The position numbers and the translations under genes are program-made. Shown in pieces: positions 1 through 9,549 of a stretch of DNA of 64,000 nucleotides; the first letter of the stretch is position 1; the number at the start of each line of letters is the position of its first letter. The stretch spans positions 480,001 through 544,000 of the forward strand of contig CAVPCT010000005.1 in NCBI GenBank assembly GCA_963702475.1, read 5' to 3'. Source of the stretch: an uncultured Thermoleophilia bacterium (GTDB lineage: Bacteria > Actinomycetota > Thermoleophilia > UBA2241). Below the pieces are notes generated by a model. It was not told the DNA's origin. It did no database searches and was given only the letters and a program-made list of their open reading frames with translations.

Positions 1-1034
1 TCGCCGCCGACCGTCCCGTCGCGCATGTCGAAACTGAGCAGGGCCATAGCTGCGACCGGCAGAGCCCTGGCCTCCCACTCCCCGCTCCTCACCTCCGGCA
101 AGGATCGGGAAGCGATGACTTGGCCTTGCGGCACCCAGGTGAAGTCCAGCAACCCATTCTGGAAGGCGAGCAGCTCGGCACTGACGCTCTTGAACAGCTC
201 GAAGTGGACGGCGTCCAGATAGGGCTTGCCGGACGAGGCGCCCCACCAGGCCGGGTTGCGCACCAAGTCGAGGTACTCGCCCTTCACCCTCCGTGAGAAC
301 AGGAACGGACCCGTGCCGACGGGGGCGGCCTCGAACGCCACCCGGCCGACGCGCCGCAGGTAGTCGACGGGCCACACCCATGCCGCAGCCCCGCCGAGGT
401 TGTCGGGGAAGGTCGCGAACGGGCGCTTGAGCGCGAACCGGACGGTGTAGCGGTCGAGGGCCTTCACGCCGAGCCGCGAGGGGACAGCCGTGCCATCGTC
501 GCTCGTCCCCCGGATGACGGCGTACGTGTTCGCGTACATTGACTTCGTCGACGGGCGGGTGCAGTAACGGAAGTCGGCCACCACGTCGGACGCGGTGACC
601 TCCCTGTCGACTGGCGCCTGGAAGCGCACTCCTCGCCGCAGGCGGAACGTCCAGACAGTGGCGTCCTCATTCGCCGTCCACTCCTGCGCCAGGCAGGGGA
701 CTGTCCTGACGGTGCCGTCGGGCAGCGACTCATACGCCGTCAAGCCCTCGTAGATCTCGTGGAGGACGACATTGTCCTCCCACAAGGCGGCGAACGGGAT
801 GAGCGTGCTGACGTCGGACTGCAGCGGGAAATTGTAGGTGCCGCCCGGCTTCGGCGTCACGGAGGCGGCGGCCGGAGGAGTGCCCGCGGCGCCGGCGCCG
901 CCTCCGCACCCTCCCGCGCCCACGAGTGCTGCCGTGACGAGCAGGAGGGACGCGGCAAGCCGGGCGAGACCCCGCGCCGGCCTCTTGCCGAGGGATCCGG
1001 CCGCCCTCCACTGGCTGCCCCGCCTGCCTCCCAT
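1..1034 (-). CDS. ABC transporter substrate-binding lipoprotein, family 5 (OppA/DppA-like); runs off the window start
   Basis: Not in the ORF track. Manual translation from ATG 1034: lipobox LVGAGGC, then PKPGGTYNFP...EIYEGL...PCLAQEW...WTFRLRRGVRF...EVTASDVV, typical of SBP_bac_5. GGGGGAG RBS upstream. Confidence 0.85.
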   Translation of the reverse strand, partial: MGGRRGSQWRAAGSLGKRPARGLARLAASLLLVTAALVGAGGCGGGAGAAGTPPAAASVTPKPGGTYNFPLQSDVSTLIPFAALWEDNVVLHEIYEGLTAYESLPDGTVRTVPCLAQEWTANEDATVWTFRLRRGVRFQAPVDREVTASDVVADFRYCTRPSTKSMYANTYAVIRGTSDDGTAVPSRLGVKALDRYTVRFALKRPFATFPDNLGGAAAWVWPVDYLRRVGRVAFEAAPVGTGPFLFSRRVKGEYLDLVRNPAWWGASSGKPYLDAVHFELFKSVSAELLAFQNGLLDFTWVPQGQVIASRSLPEVRSGEWEARALPVAAMALLSFDMRDGTVGG

Positions 1035-1374
1035 GTCAGCTCCCCCCTTCGCACCGAGGAATCTGATGAGGATACGACGCCCTTGTGACTTCACCAACAG
1101 TCGCCTGCCGCTCTCCGGAGTGGCGGAAGCAGACGAACCCGTCGATGCACATCGTCAGGCCATTCTCGTCCGGATCCTCACACTCTCTACTGACAAGAGT
1201 CGGGCGTCCCTCAACCTTGCCGGCAAGCCACAGCGCTGCAACGCGGAGGGCACTTGACGCATCCATCGCCGACCGAGGGCGCGTGAGGGCTGCTACGGCA
1301 CGTATGCCCGTTTTGCAGGGCTTTTCACGGATGGCTGCGGAGCGCCGCGGAGCCTAGAGGCCCCGATCTGCGAA

Positions 1375-1434
1375 CTCGAAAACCGTTAATCCGGCTAACC
1401 GGGTTCGGGGGTTCGAATCCCCCCCTCTCCGCCA
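1375..1434 (+). tRNA. 3' fragment of tRNA-Ser(CGA), probable attR of an integrated element
   Basis: CTCGAAA anticodon loop, ACCGT, long variable arm AATCCGG-CTAA-CCGGGTT, T-arm GGGGG-TTCGAAT-CCCCC, CCTCTCC-G-CCA. The 5' acceptor strand (GGAGAGG), D-arm and 5' anticodon strand are absent. Confidence 0.85.
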
Positions 1435-1594
1435 CCTGCTGCGTCCCGTCGCAGTCCCTTCGCGGCACGTCTCCTCCTCTTCAGGGGGCGAGCGGCGGCG
1501 GCGCGTGCTAGGCTGCGGGTCAGCTCGTTCACGGGCGCCCGGACCGGACCTGCCGGAGCTGCGCCCGGGGACGACCCGCATCCAGGGAGGACGC

Positions 1595-1792
1595 GTGAGG
1601 CTCGAAGACCTGCTCGGCAAGCACGTCCGGTACAAGGGCGAGGAGGGCCACGTTGTCGAGGGCCACATCGGCGATGGGCACTCCGGCGAGGAGGCATCGG
1701 TGGTGGTGAGCGTCCGTGGGGCGCACAACGTGGCCCGTCGGAACGTGGCCGTGCCGGAGTCCGAGTGGGAGGAGTTCGAGTTCCTTCGCTAG
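1595..1792 (+). CDS. Small hypothetical protein (65 aa)
   Basis: GGGAGG RBS before GTG 1595; coding-like codon usage (MRLEDLLGKHVRYKGEEG...). Confidence 0.6.
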   Translation: MRLEDLLGKHVRYKGEEGHVVEGHIGDGHSGEEASVVVSVRGAHNVARRNVAVPESEWEEFEFLR

Positions 1793-1892
1793 CGGCCCGG
1801 CGAGCGGCAGCGGCCCGGCAGCCTGTGGCCGGGGCCGGAGACCCGCGCCTCGCAAGCCTTTCCTCGCTCCAAGCGCGGCCCCCAGCGCACGC

Positions 1893-2000
1893 TCACTCCA
1901 GCCGCCGACACGCCTCATCGTCGCGGTGCTTGCCGACGAGGAGGGCCCTCAGCACGCCATCCTCGACGCCGAGGATCATGCGGTACTCGCCGGCCGAGTG
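1893..2000 (-). pseudogene. Possible C-terminal remnant of a RelE/ParE toxin
   Basis: AGEYRMILGVEDGVLRALLVGKHRDDEACRRL resembles the RelE C-terminus (VGDYRIIYEIxDxxLxVLVVxVGHRxxVYRxL); no credible N-terminus. Confidence 0.3.
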
Positions 2001-2107
2001 GCGTGCGCAGAGCTCCGCCGTCCGCGCGGCGGGCTGACCCAGCCACCCGACCGCCGGGCACACGAGTGATAGGTTCACGCCAAGGCGTCGGGAGGAGGCT
2101 GAGCGGA

Positions 2108-3892
2108 ATGCGTCTGCATCGGATCCGAGTGAGCAAGCGGCGTACGACGGCTCGTCGCGCTTCGGTCGCGCCCCGTCCGGCGGTCGCCCTGCTCTCGGCC
2201 GTCGTCGTCCTGTCGGCAGCCACGCTGCTCGCCAGTGCCACCCCCGCCCGCGCCGCCGTCTGGGTCATCCCCGCCACGGCGCGGGCGTTCCCGGGCACGC
2301 CGCCCGGCAAGGCCCAGACCGTCGCCCTCGACGCCGCCGGCGGCGAGTACGAGGGCGCTCAGGTCGTCGTGCGCGGGGCCGCGGCGCGCGACGTCACGGT
2401 CTCCTGGAAGGCCGGCGGCGACGCGCTGATCACCGACAACGCGACGCTCGCCGAGGTCAAGTACGTCCACGTGACGCACCCATCGACGGACGCGGGCACG
2501 AAGGCGGGCTACTACCCGGACCCGCTGGTGCCGCGGCAGTTCGGGGTGGCGATCAGGATGCCCGCCAGAACCGCCGCCCTCTACGTGCTCGTGCACGTGC
2601 CGCACGGCACCAAGCCCGGCGCCGCGACCGCGACGCTCCGCGTCGAGAACGGCGCCGAGACGCTCGACCTGCCGGTGCGCCTGCGCGTCTGGGACTTCGG
2701 CTGGAAGCGCCTCTCCACGCACACGGCATTCTCACTCAGCACCAACGCCATCAAGGCGAGCCTGCGCGGCAGCGTCGGCTTCACCGGCAAGCGCAAGGAC
2801 CAGCTCTTCACCGCCTACTCCGCGATGCTCCTGCAGCATGGGGTCACGCCCATGCCGCCCAACGCCGCGCCGCGCCTGTCGGGCGGCTCCATCGACGCCG
2901 CCGCCTACGCTGCCGACCTCGCGCCCTACGCCGGCGCCGACGGCCTCGACTTTCCCGACGTCCAGCTCCCCTGGTACAGCTGGTTCCCTGAGAGCCTGAG
3001 CCCGTCGCTGGCGACGAGCGACCTGATGCGCACCTACCTCACCGGTGTGTGCCGCGTGTTCGCCGACAACGGCTGGCAGAAGAAGGCCTTCGCCTTCGTG
3101 ATCGACGAACCCACCAGCGTCGCCAAGGAGCGCGAGGCCGAGACGTACGCCCGGTTGCTGCACAAGGCCTCGGCTGCGGCCGGCTTCCGCTGCCGCTTCC
3201 TGCTCACAGACGATCCCCGCCCCACCTCGCTCGGTGGCATCAAGACGGCCAACAGCTTCCTCTTCGACGACGTCGACATCTGGTGCACGCGGTACTACTA
3301 CTTCTTCGGCCGCGTTCCCGCGCTGCGCGCGCGCCGCGCGGCCGGCGATGAGATCTGGTGGTACACCTACGCCAACGCCGGCGCCGACAAGATGCCGGGC
3401 TACCTCATCGACAAACCTCTCGCCGACCAGCGCGTGTTCGGCTGGCTCATGCACGAGTGGGGCGTGGACGGCCTCCTCAACTGGGGCACCAATCGCTGGG
3501 GCGACCCCTACACCGGCAACGGCTGGCGCGACCCGTACCAGGATCCGGTCTCGTACCGCAAGAAGGACGGCCGCGTGGCCAACGGGGACAGCTGCCTCAT
3601 CTACCCCGGCTACTATCCGAACTACGGACTGAAGGACCCCGAGGCCGGACCGGTCTCGTCGCTGCGGCTCGAGGCGCTGCGCGACGGCTTCGAGGACCGC
3701 GAGTACTTGAGACTCGCCGCCCGAACCTCCGGCGGGGCGGCCCTCGTCAAGAACGCCGTCGCGCGCATCACCTGGTACCCCTACCCCGTGCGGCAGGGCA
3801 ACGTCTTCGACTTCCCCAGGTACACCAGTGAGCCCGGCTCCTTCGACAAGGCGCGCCGGGAGCTGGCGCTCGGGATCGAGCAGGCGCAGTAA
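2108..3892 (+). CDS. Secreted DUF4091 / GH123-like glycoside hydrolase
   Basis: Signal peptide, DEP motif, WWY, NGD...LIYPG, SSLRLEALRDGFEDREYL (DUF4091 signature). GGAGGAGG RBS. Confidence 0.75.
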   Translation: MRLHRIRVSKRRTTARRASVAPRPAVALLSAVVVLSAATLLASATPARAAVWVIPATARAFPGTPPGKAQTVALDAAGGEYEGAQVVVRGAAARDVTVSWKAGGDALITDNATLAEVKYVHVTHPSTDAGTKAGYYPDPLVPRQFGVAIRMPARTAALYVLVHVPHGTKPGAATATLRVENGAETLDLPVRLRVWDFGWKRLSTHTAFSLSTNAIKASLRGSVGFTGKRKDQLFTAYSAMLLQHGVTPMPPNAAPRLSGGSIDAAAYAADLAPYAGADGLDFPDVQLPWYSWFPESLSPSLATSDLMRTYLTGVCRVFADNGWQKKAFAFVIDEPTSVAKEREAETYARLLHKASAAAGFRCRFLLTDDPRPTSLGGIKTANSFLFDDVDIWCTRYYYFFGRVPALRARRAAGDEIWWYTYANAGADKMPGYLIDKPLADQRVFGWLMHEWGVDGLLNWGTNRWGDPYTGNGWRDPYQDPVSYRKKDGRVANGDSCLIYPGYYPNYGLKDPEAGPVSSLRLEALRDGFEDREYLRLAARTSGGAALVKNAVARITWYPYPVRQGNVFDFPRYTSEPGSFDKARRELALGIEQAQ

Positions 3893-4128
3893 GTCCGGCT
3901 GATCCGCCCCAGAAGCCCAAAGCGCCCGAGTCGACGCGCGGCTCCGGGAACCGCAGAGACGCACCTGTGCAGCAGGGCTCGCCGAACCGCCCGGGCGGGC
4001 GCCACCTCACCTGCGCATAGCGAAGATACGTCCGCCCAGCGTCCCGTCGAAGCCGCAGCACCAGGACCCCGCGCCCGACGCGTCGTCCCGGACTCTCGCG
4101 GCGCGACCGCGCCGCCCGTACGTCACCC

Positions 4129-4329
4129 TCAGCCGTGGTGACAGGCGCGTAGCTCCTCGAGGTCCATCTTCGGCCGCGCCAGGGCGTTGCGAAGGTAGCT
4201 CTCGAAGGTCTGGCGGACGTGGGTGGAGCGGCAGGCGAGGCACGGCACCCTGCCGCTCTCGGGCGCGTCCGCCAGCTCCGCCTCGAAGTGCGCGCCGCAC
4301 TCGAGGCAGATGAAGTCGTAGATCGCCAT
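4129..4329 (-). CDS. FmdB-family zinc-ribbon protein; possibly extended to 4123 by Sec read-through
   Basis: MAIYDFICLECGAHFE...PCLACRS (CxxC...CxxC); AAGGAG RBS; ends ...CHHG-TGA-GGG-TGA. Confidence 0.85.
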   Translation of the reverse strand: MAIYDFICLECGAHFEAELADAPESGRVPCLACRSTHVRQTFESYLRNALARPKMDLEELRACHHG

Positions 4330-4835
4330 CGCTCCTTCGTGCGGCCGCGTTGTTCCGTCGCCTTGCCCGGGAGTATGTCCGCGGCGGGCCGCGGGGAATC
4401 CCGGCATCCGCCGGACCGGCCTGACCGCGCCTTCCGGCCACCCCGGGCGCCGGCGCTCTTCGCGCGTCGCCTGCGCCGGCAACGGGACTGCTCGCGCATC
4501 GGCGACAAGAACGGCGCAACGGCGTGAGGCGCGCGCGGCGCGGGAACAAGAAGTGCGTGCAGCAGGCACGTAGCCAGTCGAGGAAGACGCAGCAGCGTCA
4601 CCCGGGCTGGTGGACCCGAAGGGTGATCCGGCGAGATCGCCTGGTGAAGTACAAGGCGGTCCCATCGGAAACACGACCTGCTGCACGACAGCGTACGGAA
4701 CCCGCATCAGATCAGCGCGCCTCGGCGCCGGCGGCCGCGCTCGACCCGCGCGCGCACGAGCCGCCTCGCGCGTATGATGCAGCCGACGGCGACACGGCCC
4801 GCCGGGGCGGCGGGCTCGACGCGAGGGGGACCACC

Positions 4836-5795
4836 ATGGCACGTCCAGGGCCGAACAGCCACAGGTCGATGTTCACGCTCGTGGCCGCGACGCTGCTCCT
4901 CCTGGCTGCCGTACCCTCCGCGGCCGCGGCGGCCGGCGCCGGCTCGGCCGCCGCCGCACTCGCCTTCGTGCGCGCGGATCACGTCTGGGTGGCCGCCGCC
5001 GCAGGGAGCGGTGCGTTCCAGCTCACCAAGGGCACCGCCGAGGACTCCCTTCCCGCCTGGTCCCCCGACGGCCAGACGGTGGCGTACGTGCGCAGCGGCG
5101 GCTCCGGCATCAACACCAGCGTCCGCACCGTCTCTGCGTCCGGCGGAACGCCGCAGCTTCTCTACAAATCGGCCATCCCCAAGGCCGTGTACATCGCCAT
5201 CACGGGGCTCGCGTACACCCCGGACGGCACGGAGCTCACCATCGCCGAGTCCTGGGTCACGGGATCACCCGGCGACATCGGGCGGTGCCGCGTGGTCTCG
5301 TACGAGCTCGCCACCGGCAAGACCAGGGTCCTGCTGTCGAAGAACGGAGGCTTCGGCTCGGTCATCGGCGCCATGTGGCAGCTCGCCTGGTCGCCGGACG
5401 GCGCCACGCTGGCCATCGCCCAGGCGGGGCAGGACTCGGAGGGCGGTCAGACGTGGCTCTTCACCCCGTCGGACTCGGGCCTGCGCCGCCTCGGCACGAC
5501 CCAGGCCTCGTTCTGCGACTGGGCGCCGTCGGGGGACTCCCTGCTGCTCAGCACGTTCACCCAGGCGAGCTCGAAGGTCCAGCTCGTCGGCCTCACCGGC
5601 AAGGTCCGGCGCACGCTGGTCAAGGGTGGCGGCTGGACGGGCAACAGCGTCTACGACGCGCGCATCTCGTGGGACGGTTCCACGGTCGCCTACACGTACA
5701 CGCCGAAGTCCGGAACGGCACAGGTGTGGCTCATGACGTCCACCGGAAGCGGCAGGCACAAGGTCACGACCGGGTCGCAGCCCGCCTGGCGCTGA
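4836..5795 (+). CDS. Secreted TolB-like / PD40 beta-propeller protein
   Basis: Signal peptide; repeated PAWSPDG, LAYTPDG, LAWSPDG, ISWDG motifs. Confidence 0.8.
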   Translation: MARPGPNSHRSMFTLVAATLLLLAAVPSAAAAAGAGSAAAALAFVRADHVWVAAAAGSGAFQLTKGTAEDSLPAWSPDGQTVAYVRSGGSGINTSVRTVSASGGTPQLLYKSAIPKAVYIAITGLAYTPDGTELTIAESWVTGSPGDIGRCRVVSYELATGKTRVLLSKNGGFGSVIGAMWQLAWSPDGATLAIAQAGQDSEGGQTWLFTPSDSGLRRLGTTQASFCDWAPSGDSLLLSTFTQASSKVQLVGLTGKVRRTLVKGGGWTGNSVYDARISWDGSTVAYTYTPKSGTAQVWLMTSTGSGRHKVTTGSQPAWR

Positions 5796-5914
5796 CGCAG
5801 CGCTGGGCCAAGCTCACCGAGACGCAGGTGCCGCCCTCCCCCTCCCCTGTCTGACCCGCGCGAGGAGTAGACTCGCGCCACATCCCCGGTCTGGGGCAGA
5901 CGAAGGGAGACCTG

Positions 5915-6985
5915 ATGGCCGACCGTCGCGTCAAGCAGCTCCGCGAGTTCATCGAACCGTTCCGCGTCCCGCCGGGAAAGAAGATCGTCCTCGCGCGGGA
6001 TTTCGACCCGTCCTACAAGGCCGATTTCCTGGACAAGGAGGAGGGCGAGGAGCTCCTCCAGCAGGGCGTCGAGCAGCTCAGCGAGTTCCAGGCCCGTCTG
6101 GCCGCGCAGGACACGTATTCGGTGCTCGTGTGCCTGCAGGCGCTGGACGCCGCCGGCAAGGACGGGACGATCCGTCACGTCATGAGCGGCGTGAACCCGC
6201 AGGGCGTGGAGGTGCGCGGCTTCAAGGTGCCGTCGGCCGAGGAGCTGGACCACGACTACCTGTGGCGGTATCAGAAGGCCCTGCCGGCGCGCGGCAACAT
6301 CGGGATCTTCAACCGCTCGCACTACGAAGAGGTCCTCGTGGTGCGCGTGCACGAGCAGGTCCTGGCCAACGAGAAGCTGCCCAAGGCGGCCCGCACGGCC
6401 GGCATCTGGGGCCGTCGCTACCGCGCCATCAACGACTGGGAACGCCACCTGGTCGAGAACGGCTACAAGGTCGTCAAACTGTTCCTCAACCTCTCGAACG
6501 AGGAGCAGCGCCGGCGCTTCCTGTCGCGCATCGACGAGCCCGACAAGAACTGGAAGTTCTCCGCCGGCGACGCCCGCGAGCGGCAGTACTGGGACGCCTA
6601 CCAGAAGGCCTTCTCCGAGATGCTCTCCAGCACCAGCACCGAGTGGGCCCCCTGGTACGTGATCCCCGCCGACCACAAGTGGTTCGCGCGCATCTCGGCA
6701 GCGGCCGTGATCATCGAGACGCTGATGACGATCGACCCGCAGTACCCCGTGCTGTCCGAAGATGCGCTGGAGGAGCTGCAGCAGGTCAAGAAGGAGCTCG
6801 AGGCCGAGGCGCCCGAAGGCGTGGCCGCCGACCCCGTCGAGGAGGAGATCGAGAAGAAGGCCAAGAAGGCCGCGCGCGAGGCGGACGACAAGGACGACGA
6901 CCCGCCCGGCGACGAGGACGACCCGCCGGCGAAGCCCAAGAAGGGCAAGAAGGACAAGGGCGGCAAGAAGAACAAGAAGAAGTGA
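5915..6985 (+). CDS. ppk2: Polyphosphate kinase 2 family protein (class III-like)
   Basis: QALDAAGKDGTIRHV (Walker A), FKVPSAEELDHDYLWR, IFNRSHYEEVL, PWYVIPADHKW. Confidence 0.93.
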   Translation: MADRRVKQLREFIEPFRVPPGKKIVLARDFDPSYKADFLDKEEGEELLQQGVEQLSEFQARLAAQDTYSVLVCLQALDAAGKDGTIRHVMSGVNPQGVEVRGFKVPSAEELDHDYLWRYQKALPARGNIGIFNRSHYEEVLVVRVHEQVLANEKLPKAARTAGIWGRRYRAINDWERHLVENGYKVVKLFLNLSNEEQRRRFLSRIDEPDKNWKFSAGDARERQYWDAYQKAFSEMLSSTSTEWAPWYVIPADHKWFARISAAAVIIETLMTIDPQYPVLSEDALEELQQVKKELEAEAPEGVAADPVEEEIEKKAKKAAREADDKDDDPPGDEDDPPAKPKKGKKDKGGKKNKKK

Positions 6986-7016
6986 CGGCGGCCGGCGCAC
7001 AGGCGGCCGCCTGACG

Positions 7017-7060
7017 CGACGACGGGCGGCGGGGCCCCACGGCCCCGCCGCCCGTCGTCG
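7017..7060. terminator. 20-bp perfect hairpin between convergent genes
   Basis: CGACGACGGGCGGCGGGGCC-CCAC-GGCCCCGCCGCCCGTCGTCG. Confidence 0.7.
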
Positions 7061-7079
7061 TCCTGCGGCCGTCAGCGCT

Positions 7080-8474
7080 TCACTTCACGACCAGCGGCCG
7101 CGACGTCGCGGACTTCTGCGTGTAGCCGGCGTAGTCGGTGCAGGCCACCTTCCACGTGTAGTGTCCGGCCGGGATGCGCACGCGCGCCACACAGGAGCGG
7201 GACGTGCCGGTCGATCCGATACCGGCGGCGAAGCTCTCCACCACGCGGCCGCGCGAGTCGTGCACGAGCACGGTCGCAGAGGCCCGCGGCACGCCGGGGT
7301 CGTCCACGCGGAAGCGGAACGTGGCCTTGGCGCCGCGTCGTACGGTGACGGCGTTGAGCGCGACGGTCGCTGGGCGCTCCTGCGGCGAGAACCCCGCGCC
7401 GCCCCCGTCCGCGGTGTGCAGTGCCAGCCGGCTCGTGCCGACGGCCCATGCCGACGTGGCGCCCAGCGCAGCCACCGCCTCGGCGGCCGGCTGCACGCCG
7501 CAGTCCTGCTGCACCCAGGTCTCGCCCCCGTCCGTCGTATGGAGGATCACGGCCCAGCCCGTTCTGCCGTACCGCAGCGGCCAGCAGGAGCCCACGGCCC
7601 ACCCGTTCTGGGCGTCGGCGAAGCCGACGGACGTGAGCTCGACGGCAGACCCCACCTCGGGCGACTGCCGGGCCCAGGTGGCACCGCCGTCGGCCGTGTG
7701 GAAGATCGAGGCGTCCTGACTGACGACCCAGCCCTGACCCCCGGTCACGAAACTGCAGTCGGTCAGGAAGGCATCCTTGTCCGGGGTGACGTCCTTCCAC
7801 GTCACCCCGCCGTCGCTGGTCGCGTAGCAGCGGCCGCCGTAGAAGTCCTCGTTGCCCTGCGGACCGCACACCCAGCCGTGGGTCGCGTCGGTGAAGCTGA
7901 TCCCCCTGAGCATGACGTCCGACGGAGCGGCGGCCACGGACGTCCAGTGCGTTCCGCCGTCGGAGGTGCGGTACACGACGCCGTCGTCCGCGGTGATGTA
8001 GCCGGCGTCCGCCGTCGGGAACTTCACCCTCTGCAGCGCCGCGTCCCCGCTCAGGGAAGCCCGTTCCCAGGTCTCGCCGGCGTTGGAGCTGGTCAGCAGC
8101 AACGTGCCCTGGCGGTCTCCGGAACCGTAGTCGGCGCCCACCGCCCAGGCGTGGGTCGTGTCGCTGAAAGCGACCCCGCTCAGAGCGCCGTACACCTGCT
8201 CATCCGACACCGCGTCCCACGTCGACCCTCCGTCGGTCGTGCGGAACACGACCGGGATCAGCGAGACCGGGCCCCCCTCCTCGATGTCCCCCACGGCGAG
8301 GCCCACGTGCCCGTCGGGTGTGGCGACGTCGGCGAACGACACCTCGAGGTCGCCCGGTGGGACGTAGCCACGCTGCCAGCCTGCGCTCCCACTCGCCGCG
8401 ACCGCTGCGGCGGCGGCGAGCCCGGCCAGGAGCAGCAGCAGCACCAGCCCCGTCAGATACGGTGTGCGCCTCAT
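7080..8474 (-). CDS. Secreted YCF48/BNR-repeat beta-propeller protein with C-terminal Ig-like domain
   Basis: Signal peptide; repeated Asp-box motifs TxDGGxTW and F-x-D-xxx-GWAVG. Confidence 0.85.
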   Translation of the reverse strand: MRRTPYLTGLVLLLLLAGLAAAAAVAASGSAGWQRGYVPPGDLEVSFADVATPDGHVGLAVGDIEEGGPVSLIPVVFRTTDGGSTWDAVSDEQVYGALSGVAFSDTTHAWAVGADYGSGDRQGTLLLTSSNAGETWERASLSGDAALQRVKFPTADAGYITADDGVVYRTSDGGTHWTSVAAAPSDVMLRGISFTDATHGWVCGPQGNEDFYGGRCYATSDGGVTWKDVTPDKDAFLTDCSFVTGGQGWVVSQDASIFHTADGGATWARQSPEVGSAVELTSVGFADAQNGWAVGSCWPLRYGRTGWAVILHTTDGGETWVQQDCGVQPAAEAVAALGATSAWAVGTSRLALHTADGGGAGFSPQERPATVALNAVTVRRGAKATFRFRVDDPGVPRASATVLVHDSRGRVVESFAAGIGSTGTSRSCVARVRIPAGHYTWKVACTDYAGYTQKSATSRPLVVK

Positions 8475-8763
8475 GTGTCCCTCCTCCGCGCCCCTCGGCG
8501 CGACTCCGTGTGCCGGCCGTCGCTCCCGCGCCCACCAGAAGCACGGGGCGCACGCGTTCTCACCTTCAGGAGGTGGCCGCTCTCACACCAGCTTCGACAG
8601 CGGCCGCTCCATCCTTGAGGAGGGATCTCGCAGCTGCCAAGTGAAGAGGCGCCGCGCACCACATCTTCCATGCGCATGTGTTATTCTGCGTTTCACGAAT
8701 TTGCATCCGCTTGATGGGCCGCGCCCACCCTGCGCTCCCGACTACAAGCCACGAGGAGACCTC

Positions 8764-9540
8764 ATGACCCAGCCCGAGACCGTCGCGACCATCCTCGCCG
8801 AGCTCGGCGACGCCCCGGCCGAGCGGGTCCTGGCCGACGCGGCCGCCCGCTTTCCGGGCCGCGTCGCCTTCGCCTCGTCGCTCGGCGCCGAGGACCAGGT
8901 GCTCACGCACATGATCGCCGAAGCCGGCCTGGACATCGCGATCTTCACGCTCGACACCGGCCGCCTCTACCCCGAGACCTACGACCTGCTCGACCGCACC
9001 GCCAAGCACTACGGCCTGTGCATCAAGACGTACTTCCCGGCCGCCGCCGAGGTCGAGAAGATGGTCGACAGGGACGGCGTGAACCTCTTCCGCGACAGCA
9101 TCGAGGCGCGTCACCGCTGCTGCGAGGTGCGCAAGATCATGCCGCTGCGGCGCGCGCAGCTCGAGCTGGACGCCTGGATCTGCGGCCTGCGCAGCGGCCA
9201 GGGCATGACGCGGCAGAGGGTGGAGATCGCCGAGTGGGACCAGCTCGCGGACATGGTCAAGATCAACCCGCTGGCCGCTTGGGACGAGGCCCGCGTGTGG
9301 GAGTACATCCGTGCTCACGACGTGCCGTACAACCCGCTCCACGACCAGGGCTTCCCGAGCATCGGCTGCGCGCCGTGCACGCGCGCCGTCGCCGAGGGCG
9401 AGGACTGGCGCGCCGGCCGCTGGTGGTGGGAGCTGCCCGAGCACCGCGAGTGCGGGCTGCACGACCGCGCGGCGAGGATCCCCGGCAGCGCCGCCGACAC
9501 GGCCACGGCGCCTGCCGCCGTCGCCGGCGCGGACGCCTGA
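8764..9540 (+). CDS. cysH: Adenosine-5'-phosphosulfate reductase, 4Fe-4S type
   Basis: LDTGRL, RCCEVRK, SIGCAPCT, GRWWWE, ECGLH. Confidence 0.92.
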   Translation: MTQPETVATILAELGDAPAERVLADAAARFPGRVAFASSLGAEDQVLTHMIAEAGLDIAIFTLDTGRLYPETYDLLDRTAKHYGLCIKTYFPAAAEVEKMVDRDGVNLFRDSIEARHRCCEVRKIMPLRRAQLELDAWICGLRSGQGMTRQRVEIAEWDQLADMVKINPLAAWDEARVWEYIRAHDVPYNPLHDQGFPSIGCAPCTRAVAEGEDWRAGRWWWELPEHRECGLHDRAARIPGSAADTATAPAAVAGADA

Positions 9541-9549
9541 GGCCGGCAC

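Noticed and set aside
1036-1266. ORF with DPDENGLTMC resembling an HNH fragment
   Set aside because: Too short, no His motif and atypical codon usage.
1345-1434. Complete tRNA-Ser gene
   Set aside because: No 5' acceptor strand, D-arm or 5' anticodon strand; treated as an att fragment.
4540-4700. Coding-like remnant upstream of the PD40 gene
   Set aside because: No consistent frame or recognisable family.
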